This document shows, one piece after another, positions 6,543-14,735 of a stretch of DNA of 16,032 bases. The stretch spans positions 1 to 16,032 of the forward strand of contig DAHVNA010000023.1 of the NCBI GenBank assembly GCA_027319565.1. Reading direction: 5' to 3'. The translations under genes were made by a program, and so were the position numbers. Origin of the DNA: Elusimicrobiota bacterium. Its GTDB lineage: Bacteria > Elusimicrobiota > Elusimicrobia > UBA1565 > UBA9628. The notes below the pieces were generated by a model. The model saw nothing but the letters and a program-made list of their open reading frames with translations, made no database searches and was not told where the DNA came from. The stretch's first letter is position 1. Each line of letters begins with the position of its first letter.

Positions 6543-8507
6543 ATGAAAAAAATCGCCTTTCTCCTGATTTTTATTGTCGCGGCGGTCAAAGCGCTTCAAG
6601 CCGCTCCGCTAGTCGCGCCCGATATTGACCTTCTGAAAGAGCAGAATCAAATTAAGTTGGAGTCGGAAAAAAAGATTCAAGATGAAATTCTCGATCCCAT
6701 CCTGGGGCCGGGAGAAGCCGTCGCTTTTGTCGATGTAGAAATGTCGGTCAAGGTCGAAAGCGAAAGACTCAAGAGAAAGGGGGTGGGCGAGGCGCAGAAA
6801 TACCACCAGAAAAATAACAATGACAACAGCGCCAACATGAACACGAATTTCGTCATGCCCGGAATTCCTAAGCCGACGGCCATTACCGCGGGCGGCCCCA
6901 AAACTCCGCCCAATTCCGCTTCCGCCCAAGCCGCTCAGGAGTCTAAGGGAATTCAACAAGAGACCTATGCCGTAAACCCTATTTTTAAGAAGCTGACGGT
7001 GACCGTCATTCATGACCAAAATGTGCTCAAAGATAAAAATCAGATAGAGATGGTTCGCAGCCGCATTGTCGACGCGATGGGGCAATATCATCTGGCGCCG
7101 GAAAATATTTTCTTTCGGGCCACGCCTTTTGCCCATATCAAGAATGATTGGAAGGAAGATCTTAAAAAACCTTCCGTCTATTTGCCGCTTCTCTACGCTT
7201 TTCTTTTGCTCCTTCTCTTGTCCTTTTTATTCGGGCCGTTGCGGAAGTTTTTAAAAGCTTATATTCAGGCCTTGATGGAAAAGCCGCAATCAGAGGTTGA
7301 GGTGACAGGAGAAGAGGGTGGAGGAGACGATGAAAACGACGGAGAAGATGACAATGCCTTAAGTCAGGAAGGGAAATTGGACATTAATTTTACGAGAAAG
7401 CCCGATGAACCCCCGCCCCCGCCGGTGGATGAGGAGGATGAAATGAAAAAATTCGAGCCGTTCGCTTATATTAACGACGAAAACGTTAAACGCTTGGCCT
7501 ATATGTTTATTCTAAGGAAAGAAGAACCCTGGGTCGTTGCGGTCGTGGCCAGCTATCTCAAGCCCGATTTAGCCCGGCAGCTCTTGACTTCTCTTCCGGT
7601 TGATTTGCAGGCCAAGGTCGCTCTTGAGGCCTTGACTGTCCGGCAAGTGACTCGGGACCAGGTGATCGCGATAGACGGGGATGTGAAGGAAAACGTGGAT
7701 TTTGTGGTCGGCGGAATTGAGCGCTTGGTCGTGTTGCTCGATGAATCTGATTCCGCGACTCGCGCCAATATTTTAAATTACCTCAAAAATGAGAAGCCGC
7801 TGGTTTACGAGGCGGTCAGAAAGCATATTCTTATTTTTGAGGATATCGCTTCTTTCCCGGATCGCGATATGCAGACGATTGTTCGCGAATTAAAGACCGA
7901 TTTGATGGCGCGGGCGCTCACCGGAGCCCCGCCCGAGGTTCTCAATAAGTTTCTCAGCAGCATGTCGGCGGGAGCGGCGAGCTTGCTTAAGGAAACAATG
8001 GAATATACCCAGGGGCTCAACCCAAATCAAATCGAGGATGAGAGAACAAAGGTTATGGATTTAATTAAAGCTCTTGAGAAAGACGGGAAAATCTCCGTTC
8101 GCAAGCAAGGACAACAAGGGTATGACATGGTGGAAGGAATGCAGGAAGAATTAAGCGCCATGGAAAGACGCCAGAAAAGATTTCAAAGTGCCAGACAGAA
8201 AAATCAACCGGAGACTCCCTCTATTTCCGCCGATCCGGCCAAGGCGCAGGCCTACTTTGACGCCGCGGTTTCGCAGTATCAGGCGGGGCAGGCGGACGCC
8301 GCAGTTTCGTATTTTGAAGCGGCTTTAACTCTCAATCCTTCTCTTTGGCAGGCCCATCAATATTTAGGGACGCTGCTCTATCAAAAGGGAGACGTTCAAG
8401 GGGCTCTAGCCCATTATGAAAAGGTTTTGGAAATAAATCCGGACCCCCAACTAAAAGTTTGGGTGGACGGCTTTAAATCACAGGTAGGAGGAAACCTCAA
8501 TGGCTGA
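6543..8507 (+). CDS. FliF C-terminal ring domain (RBM3)-TM-FliG middle/C-terminal-TPR fusion protein
   Basis: Start placed at ATG 6543 (signal peptide MKKIAFLLIFIVAAVKALQA, downstream of the internal promoter). FliF_C-like: ESEKKIQDEILDPILGPGEAVAFVDVEM...FKKLTVTVIHD...RIVDAMG. TM: LPLLYAFLLLLLLSFLFGPL. FliG-M: EEPWVVAVVASYL...LP. FliG-C: GGIERL...IFEDI...DRDMQTIVRE...ALTGA...KFLSSMS...ALEKDGKI. C-terminal TPRs. Confidence 0.85.
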   Translation: MKKIAFLLIFIVAAVKALQAAPLVAPDIDLLKEQNQIKLESEKKIQDEILDPILGPGEAVAFVDVEMSVKVESERLKRKGVGEAQKYHQKNNNDNSANMNTNFVMPGIPKPTAITAGGPKTPPNSASAQAAQESKGIQQETYAVNPIFKKLTVTVIHDQNVLKDKNQIEMVRSRIVDAMGQYHLAPENIFFRATPFAHIKNDWKEDLKKPSVYLPLLYAFLLLLLLSFLFGPLRKFLKAYIQALMEKPQSEVEVTGEEGGGDDENDGEDDNALSQEGKLDINFTRKPDEPPPPPVDEEDEMKKFEPFAYINDENVKRLAYMFILRKEEPWVVAVVASYLKPDLARQLLTSLPVDLQAKVALEALTVRQVTRDQVIAIDGDVKENVDFVVGGIERLVVLLDESDSATRANILNYLKNEKPLVYEAVRKHILIFEDIASFPDRDMQTIVRELKTDLMARALTGAPPEVLNKFLSSMSAGAASLLKETMEYTQGLNPNQIEDERTKVMDLIKALEKDGKISVRKQGQQGYDMVEGMQEELSAMERRQKRFQSARQKNQPETPSISADPAKAQAYFDAAVSQYQAGQADAAVSYFEAALTLNPSLWQAHQYLGTLLYQKGDVQGALAHYEKVLEINPDPQLKVWVDGFKSQVGGNLNG

Positions 8508-11184
8508 AGAAAATAAAGATCCTAGGAATTTCCCGCCGCCTTTGCCGGGCTCCCCCATGGATCCCGGCGCGGCGCAGAGAGACGCTTCTTTTCCGGGCCT
8601 TCCGCCTTTTTTGCCGCCGGATGCATTGCAGCCGTCTAAATCCCTTCCGCCCCTGCCCGGTCTTCCCCCAGCTAAAAATGCGTCTTTGCCTGGGCTTCCG
8701 CCCCTTCCATCTTTGCCGATGGCAAGACCAAACCCAAGCTCTCAGGCCGCTCCTCAAGAACAGGTGAATATCGAGAAAAAAATATCGGAATTAGAGAAAA
8801 AGCTTCAAGAGGAACGAGAAAAGGTCTTGATGGCGCAGCTTAAAAATCAGCAGGAAGCCGTGACTTCCGCCAAGGTCGAATCCTCGCTTAAGGAACTCCA
8901 GGAGAAAATTAGGCGAGAAAGGCGAGATCAGGAAACCGAAGAATCCCGCCTGCGCCTTGAAAATAAACTCCGAGAAATGGAGGCGCGTTTGGCGCAAGAG
9001 AGGGAGACCTGGGTTTCGACCCTTAAATCTCAAATGCAGTCCCGCGAATCTCAGGATAAAGATATCGAGACTCAGTTTGTGGGCCGCATCCAGGAGATGG
9101 AAAAGCGCTGGATGGAAGAGAAAATGCAATGGCAGAAAGCTTTGTCCGCTAAAGAAGAGGAAGCGCGCAATTGGCGGATGGTGGCTGAAAAATTAAGGGC
9201 TTCTGAAATCGAGCTAGGCAAAGTCTTAATTGAGAAAAAATCCACTGAAGAGAAAATCAAGGAAATTGAAAAGAAAAATCTGGAATTGGAAAATAAATAC
9301 GACTTTTCCAACGGCAATCTAGTCGAGAGGGAAAAAGAATTAGCCCAAATTAAAGCCGAGCTTACTCTTGAGCGGGAAACCGCTAAGAGGGAAATCGAGA
9401 ATTTGGGGAAATCGCTTAAGGCCCAAGAGGAAAGAGAAAAGCATCTTCTCGGCGAGATGGAAATTCTCAAAAAAGAATTCCTGCTAAAAACTGAAGCCAT
9501 TGTCCGCGAGAAAGACGACAAAATAAAAGAAATCACTCGCGATAAAGATATCGGCCTTGAACGCCTTCAGGCTTCTTATGAAAAACAGATAGGAGCGATC
9601 AAAAATTCTCTTAAAGAGGCGGAAGAAAAATACGCGGCCAGTCTTGAGAAAATGCGTTTGGAAAAGAAAGCGGAAATTCAATCTCTTAAAGACGGCTTTC
9701 AAAAAGAGTTGGAAGCCGCTTTGAAATCGGAAAAGGAAAAAGAAAAGCGGTTGCAGGATGAAATTTCCCGCCTCAAAGAAGAGATGAGTGAAGTGGAATC
9801 GCGGGCCTCTGAGAAAAAAGAAAAAGCTCTTGGTGATCTTAGAGTGCAATTTCAGGAAAAAATTCTCGATTTGGGCGCTCAATCTAAAAAACGAGAAAAT
9901 GAGCTTGATTTTGAAATTCAGAGGCTAAAAAGCGAGTTGGAGCGTGCCAACGAGCCCTTTCTTCAAGCTAAAGCAGAACATGAAACTGAAATTCAAAAAC
10001 TTAAAGCCGCGTTCCGCATGGAATTAGATGCCGTTCGGTCCGAGAATTCCCTAAGAGAAGCCAAATTGCTGTCTGAAAATTCAGTCTTGAAGACAAATCT
10101 ATCCGCAATTGAGTCCATCAAGGCGCGTATGGAAGAGGAATTATTGCGGTTGCAAAATGAGCGCGATCGGACGATCGAACAATCCGAGGCAAAGTTGCGG
10201 GATGAAATTGCGCGTCTTCAGGCGGGTTTTAGGCTCCAAATAGAAGCCTTTAGAGAATCCAACCAATCTAAAGAAGAGAAGCTTAAGGCCGATATTTCAG
10301 CCCTAAGAAAAGAGAAAGAAGAGATAATTGAGGAATATCAGTCTCAGCACGAGTTAGAATTGAGGAATAGACGTTTGGAAATAGAGACGGAGATTAGACG
10401 CTATCAGGAGAAAGCCGAGCGCGAGAAGAAAGAGGAAGTTGAAAGATCGGTTGCTTCTAGGGTGTTTGCCATCGCTAAAGAGATTGAGGAGAAAACTCGG
10501 AAAGAAAAAGAAAGGGAATTCGGGAGCTTAAGACTCGCGGCGGCGCTGGAACAAAAAAAACATCAAGAGAAAGAAAAGCAATATCAGCAAGACCTCTCTG
10601 AGTATCAGAATCGGCTGCTTGAACTAGAGAAAAAAATAAAAGAGCTTACAGATAGAGAGGATGCCTACAAAAAACAGATGACGGATGTGAAAATTCAAAT
10701 GGCTTCAGCGCAGGCGGAAAAAATAAGCGCGGCTAAAAGAGAAGAACGTCTTCACGCAGCTTTGGCGGTCGTGCGCGGCAAGTGGGAAAAAGAACTAGAG
10801 GCGCAGGTCCTCAAGAAAACGGAAGAAATCCTTGGAATTGAGAAGACTCGTCTTCAAGCGCGGTTCCAACAGGAGGTCGAGCAGAAAGTGGAAGAGATCC
10901 TCCAAAACCGTCGGCTTAAAATGGAACAGGAAATGAGGCTAGAAAAAGACAAAATAGTGGAAGAACAGCGGAGAAAGATAGAAAACGAAATTGCTAGACT
11001 CAAGGAAGAATCTCGGAAGGAACGGGCAGATTTGGAAGAGGCTGTGGCGGCTTATTTGGAAATGAAAAGCAGGAAGGAAGAGGCCGAAAGGCTTTGCTCG
11101 GCTCAGGGGGCACAGCTTGCTTTTGTTAGAAAAGAGGTGGAAAATCTTCAGCAGCAGGTGCGCCAGAGGCTCGCCAAAAAATAG
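8500..11184 (+). CDS. Large Glu/Lys-rich coiled-coil protein with proline-rich N-terminus
   Basis: SD AGGAGG at 8486-8491; 8-nt overlap with the upstream gene; about 800 aa of heptad-like sequence. No Walker motif, TM or signal peptide seen. Confidence 0.88.
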   Translation: MAEENKDPRNFPPPLPGSPMDPGAAQRDASFPGLPPFLPPDALQPSKSLPPLPGLPPAKNASLPGLPPLPSLPMARPNPSSQAAPQEQVNIEKKISELEKKLQEEREKVLMAQLKNQQEAVTSAKVESSLKELQEKIRRERRDQETEESRLRLENKLREMEARLAQERETWVSTLKSQMQSRESQDKDIETQFVGRIQEMEKRWMEEKMQWQKALSAKEEEARNWRMVAEKLRASEIELGKVLIEKKSTEEKIKEIEKKNLELENKYDFSNGNLVEREKELAQIKAELTLERETAKREIENLGKSLKAQEEREKHLLGEMEILKKEFLLKTEAIVREKDDKIKEITRDKDIGLERLQASYEKQIGAIKNSLKEAEEKYAASLEKMRLEKKAEIQSLKDGFQKELEAALKSEKEKEKRLQDEISRLKEEMSEVESRASEKKEKALGDLRVQFQEKILDLGAQSKKRENELDFEIQRLKSELERANEPFLQAKAEHETEIQKLKAAFRMELDAVRSENSLREAKLLSENSVLKTNLSAIESIKARMEEELLRLQNERDRTIEQSEAKLRDEIARLQAGFRLQIEAFRESNQSKEEKLKADISALRKEKEEIIEEYQSQHELELRNRRLEIETEIRRYQEKAEREKKEEVERSVASRVFAIAKEIEEKTRKEKEREFGSLRLAAALEQKKHQEKEKQYQQDLSEYQNRLLELEKKIKELTDREDAYKKQMTDVKIQMASAQAEKISAAKREERLHAALAVVRGKWEKELEAQVLKKTEEILGIEKTRLQARFQQEVEQKVEEILQNRRLKMEQEMRLEKDKIVEEQRRKIENEIARLKEESRKERADLEEAVAAYLEMKSRKEEAERLCSAQGAQLAFVRKEVENLQQQVRQRLAKK
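8530..8718 (+). repeat. Imperfect proline-rich peptide repeats (LPGLPP)
   Basis: FPPPLPGSP, ASFPGLPPFLPP, SLPPLPGLPP, ASLPGLPPLPSLP. Confidence 0.75.
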
Positions 11185-11196
11185 AGGGTTAAATTA

Positions 11197-11427
11197 GTGA
11201 TCTCAGTCCACAAACTTAATGGTCAAGAGGTTTTTATCAATGCGGAATTGATTGAATGTCTTGAGAAAGGACAAGAGACAATCGTTTGTCTTGCCACTGG
11301 CAATCGCTTTTTGGTTAAGGAAAATGTGGAGGAAGTCGTTCAAAAAGTGATTGACTATCGTAAGAAGGTCAATTCGGATTCCAAAGTCGCCAACCCGATC
11401 GCGGGTTTTGAGAGAAAGAATCCTTAA
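11197..11427 (+). CDS. flbD: FlbD/SwrD family protein
   Basis: MI-x-V-x-KLNG-x-x-x-x-INAELIE...ETIV-x-L-x-TG-x-x-FLVKE-x-x-EEV-x-x-KVIDYRKK fits the FlbD consensus; it lies directly upstream of motA as is usual. Confidence 0.92.
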   Translation: MISVHKLNGQEVFINAELIECLEKGQETIVCLATGNRFLVKENVEEVVQKVIDYRKKVNSDSKVANPIAGFERKNP

Positions 11428-11439
11428 GGAGATAAATCG

Positions 11440-12222
11440 ATGGATATAGCGACGGTGCTGGGAATACTGGTTTTCTTGGGGTTGGCCGTCATAACGATTT
11501 TCTTGTCGGAAGGCTGGGTTGGATTTAAGCCTTTCTTTAACATGGAAGCTTTTTTGATGGTCATGGGGGGAACTTTTTGCGCGACCTTGGTCAATTACCC
11601 GCTTTCCCAGGTGGTCGGTCTTGGGCGCATTGTCCGCAAGGTCTTGTTTTCCGCGCCCGAGGATACTCCCGATATCGTGGCGACCTTTGTCAGCCTTTCC
11701 CAGAAGGCTAAAAAAGAAGGATTTTTAGCCCTTCAAGCCGATGTGAAATCCATTCAAAATGATTTCCTGCGCCGGGCGATTCAATTGGTTATTGACGGCG
11801 CGGATCAGGAGTTTATCCGCAATATGTTAGAAACGGAAATCGGCTTTATTCGGGAAAGGCATAAAGTGGGACAGGAAATTTTCAACGCGATGGGGACCTA
11901 TGCGCCGGCTTTTGGAATTATCGGCACGGTTTTGGGAATGATTTTGATGTTGTCGACAATCGAAGATGTCACCCAAGTGCCCCGGCGTATGGCGGTCGCC
12001 TTGGCTTCGGCTTATTTCGGCCTGGGCTCGGGCTATCTTATTTTTCTTCCGATGGGCGGAAAATTGCGCCGGAGATCTGAAGAAGAGCTTCTGGTCAAGG
12101 AAATCATTATCCGCGGAGTTCTCCTCCTTCAAAGCGGCGCGACCCCGAGCGTGGTTGAGGCCAATTTAAAGGCTTATCTTGAGCCGGCCAAACGCGGGGC
12201 CATCAAAACCCAGACTGCTTAA
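11440..12222 (+). CDS. motA: Stator A subunit (MotA/PomA family)
   Basis: MD-x-AT-x-LG, V-x-GGT, AKKEGFLAL, FL-x-x-x-x-QLVIDG, APAFGIIGTVLG, MAVAL, FLPMGGKL; SD AAGGAG at 11426-11431. Confidence 0.95.
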   Translation: MDIATVLGILVFLGLAVITIFLSEGWVGFKPFFNMEAFLMVMGGTFCATLVNYPLSQVVGLGRIVRKVLFSAPEDTPDIVATFVSLSQKAKKEGFLALQADVKSIQNDFLRRAIQLVIDGADQEFIRNMLETEIGFIRERHKVGQEIFNAMGTYAPAFGIIGTVLGMILMLSTIEDVTQVPRRMAVALASAYFGLGSGYLIFLPMGGKLRRRSEEELLVKEIIIRGVLLLQSGATPSVVEANLKAYLEPAKRGAIKTQTA

Positions 12223-12228
12223 ATTTTT

Positions 12229-12966
12229 ATGCCTCTCAAACCGCCAAAAGGTTTTATCGACGAATCCGATCCCAAGGTGGCCCAGATCGGCCATCCGGCC
12301 CCGCCATGGCTGGTCAATTATGCGGACCTCATGACCGAGATTGCCTGTTTTTTTATCATTCTCTATGCCCTTTCGACTTCTTTAAATAAACAGGTTCAAC
12401 AGGCGGTCGAGGATGTTCAAAAGATGGTGAATACCAAACAGATTAGCGGCACGGTTGCAGTCGACCGTGAGGGATTAAAAATTACGCTCAACGAAGAAGG
12501 CCATGTTTCTTTCTTTAAAAGCGGAGAGGCGGACACCACCCCTGCCATGGATGCGATGATCGCCAAACTCGTGCCGACCCTTCGGAAATTGGCCGTAGAT
12601 CACGATATTATCGTTGAAGGCCATACCGACAACCGTAAAATCTCCAACCAATATTTCGACTCGAACTGGGAACTCTCGACGGCGCGGGCGACGATGGTCG
12701 TCAGGCTTCTTAAAAATAAATACGGGCTTCCGCCGAATCGTTTGGGCGCTTTAGGATACGGCCAATATCGCCCGATTGCCTCGAACAATACCCCCGAGGG
12801 CCGCGCGGAAAACCGTCGTGTCGTTTTTTGGGTTAAGAATCTTTCTCCCTCGGACAAGAAAATTGTTTCGGGTTCCGGAGGGGCAAAAGCCAAGGCTTTG
12901 ACTGCCCATCCCCCAGCGTCCGTGCCTGAGAAAAAAGAGAATCAGCCGAATATAAAAGGGCTATAA
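12229..12966 (+). CDS. motB: Stator B subunit (MotB family) with OmpA-like peptidoglycan-binding domain
   Basis: TM WLVNYADLMT...FFIILYA with the conserved Asp; EGHTDN, SNWELSTARA, GYGQYRP, NRRV. Confidence 0.95.
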   Translation: MPLKPPKGFIDESDPKVAQIGHPAPPWLVNYADLMTEIACFFIILYALSTSLNKQVQQAVEDVQKMVNTKQISGTVAVDREGLKITLNEEGHVSFFKSGEADTTPAMDAMIAKLVPTLRKLAVDHDIIVEGHTDNRKISNQYFDSNWELSTARATMVVRLLKNKYGLPPNRLGALGYGQYRPIASNNTPEGRAENRRVVFWVKNLSPSDKKIVSGSGGAKAKALTAHPPASVPEKKENQPNIKGL

Positions 12967-14561
12967 TGAGTTTAATGTTGGATTTAAAAAAGACATTGTG
13001 TCTGTTGGGCTTGGGATTTACTTTTGCGTGCGCCACTCTTCCCAAGGGCGTTCCAACGCCTTTGCCTTTAAAGCCTCTTCCCGTCGCGTTTCAAGCGCCT
13101 CCTTTGTTTAGCCGCGCGGATCTTAACGCTTTTTCTTGGAAGGCCCCCGTGGGACGCCCACCTTTTCCACACCTCAGGTTAACGCTGCTTCCCACTCAAA
13201 ATTCTCAAAACTCCGAAATTTTTGTTGCCCAGATTCTTAAGTGGCTTTCCAATCACGAGGGGCCTTTAAGCGGCGAGATGTCTCCGGGAACGGTTTTCTC
13301 TCAGGTTCAAGAACTTTTTAAGGACAATTTCGAGGCGGCCTCTCAAGATTTAGAGGGCGCGGATATCCAAACCGATGTGGACTGGTCTCTCGCTCTCCCG
13401 GTTTTAGAAGGTCGCTATGAGCAAAATAAAATTGAGATGAATCTTGCGGTTGCCTTCATGACGCCGGAGGGCAAACAAATTGAAGCCATTAAAGTTCACT
13501 CCTCTGAATCAATGGGCGCGAAAGATTGTTCCCGATATGTGAGTCTTGCCCATGAAGAAGGTTTTCCCGCTTCTCAAACCCAGTGTTTTGAAAGAGGGTT
13601 TCTTGTGGCTTTAAGCGATTTGTTGGGGCGTTTAGAGTCTTCTCTGATTCATTCAAAAGCCTTAGGGCTTTACCAATCACAGCTGGTCTCCCATCAGGCG
13701 GCAGAAGAGCCCATCCCGCCCAATGTCTTTAATTCTCAAAAGACGGCAGAGGCTTTGAAGCCTTCCGCGGCATCTTCCCATTCTCTTCACTCGGATGTGG
13801 ATTCTCCGACCTATGCTTTGAGCGCCGCGCGAGACAATTACGCGGTGGTGGTGGGCATCCAGAAATATGAGAATGTCGCGAACGCTGAGTTCGCCGTCAA
13901 TGACGCGCGGGCGATGAGGCGCCATTTATTGGCCTTGGGCTTTCCCGAGCAAAATATCGCTTTTTTAACCGACAGCCAAGCGACCAAAAGCGGGATTGAT
14001 AAGTATGTGGCCAGTTGGCTGCCCAATCATTCTTCCAAGCAGTCTAAAATATTTTTTTACTTTTCCGGACATGGGGCTAACGATCCAGTATCTCACCAGG
14101 CGTATTTGGTGCCTTGGGACGGGGACCCCGCATTTTTGAGCGCCACCGGATATTCCATCGCCCATTTATACCGGCAAATCAATAAAATTAAGGCGGGGCG
14201 CTTAATCGTCGTTTTAGATTCCTGCTTTTCAGGGCAAGGACCGCGCTCGGTGATGGCCAAGGGGCTTCGCCCCTTAGTAGAAAAAGTGGATATGGGACCG
14301 GCGAGTTTGGGAAAAATCGCCGGGTTAGCCGCCGCGGGCCCCGAGCAAGTGGAGGGCGTCATCCCGGAGGAAGGGCACGGAATTTTGACCTACTACCTTT
14401 TAAAGGGGCTTAACCGCTCTCAAGGCCTTGGCAAACTGAACGAAATTTATCATTATATGGAACCGCGAGTAGAAGATGTCGCGCGCAGCGAGGGGAGAGT
14501 TCAGACCCCTCAACTCATGGGGAAAAACACCCTGATTACGTTAGGAGGCATTTTAAAATGA
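12966..14561 (+). CDS. Lipoprotein with C-terminal caspase-like (peptidase C14) domain
   Basis: Lipobox-like TFA|C; YAVVVGIQKY; catalytic His in FYFSGHG and Cys in LDSCFSG; HGILTYYLLKGL; QTPQ. TAATG overlap with motB. Confidence 0.88.
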   Translation: MSLMLDLKKTLCLLGLGFTFACATLPKGVPTPLPLKPLPVAFQAPPLFSRADLNAFSWKAPVGRPPFPHLRLTLLPTQNSQNSEIFVAQILKWLSNHEGPLSGEMSPGTVFSQVQELFKDNFEAASQDLEGADIQTDVDWSLALPVLEGRYEQNKIEMNLAVAFMTPEGKQIEAIKVHSSESMGAKDCSRYVSLAHEEGFPASQTQCFERGFLVALSDLLGRLESSLIHSKALGLYQSQLVSHQAAEEPIPPNVFNSQKTAEALKPSAASSHSLHSDVDSPTYALSAARDNYAVVVGIQKYENVANAEFAVNDARAMRRHLLALGFPEQNIAFLTDSQATKSGIDKYVASWLPNHSSKQSKIFFYFSGHGANDPVSHQAYLVPWDGDPAFLSATGYSIAHLYRQINKIKAGRLIVVLDSCFSGQGPRSVMAKGLRPLVEKVDMGPASLGKIAGLAAAGPEQVEGVIPEEGHGILTYYLLKGLNRSQGLGKLNEIYHYMEPRVEDVARSEGRVQTPQLMGKNTLITLGGILK

Positions 14562-14716
14562 AAACTTTAATTCTGGTTTTTGCCGGCGCCGCCGGTGTCG
14601 TGGCTTTCGCTTTCGGTTGCGCTCCTAAAACGGGCAATTATCATATGGTTCATTCAGATTCAAAGAACGCTCAGCAGGATCTCAATCAGGCGATTTTAAA
14701 CCATCCGCTCCAATGA
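14558..14716 (+). CDS. Small 52-aa lipoprotein (not in the ORF track)
   Basis: SD AGGAGG at 14543-14548; ATGA overlap with the upstream stop; MKTLILVFAGAAGVVAFAFG|CAPKTGNYHMVHSDSKNAQQDLNQAILNHPLQ; fills the intergenic gap. Confidence 0.85.
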   Translation: MKTLILVFAGAAGVVAFAFGCAPKTGNYHMVHSDSKNAQQDLNQAILNHPLQ

Positions 14717-14735
14717 AGGGAGTTTCTTTAAAAAT

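Noticed and set aside
8500..11184. SMC/Rad50 ATPase or FliH assignment; strong purine bias as foreign DNA
   Set aside because: No Walker A/B or hinge motifs and no GxxxG repeats of FliH; the bias is explained by Glu/Lys/Arg codons.
11440..12966. Zorya ZorAB, ExbBD or TolQR
   Set aside because: MotA is normal length with flagellar-type motifs and no fused tail; MotB has the W-x-x-x-YAD TM and an OmpA domain; flbD and a FliG domain are adjacent; no zorC/D/E seen.
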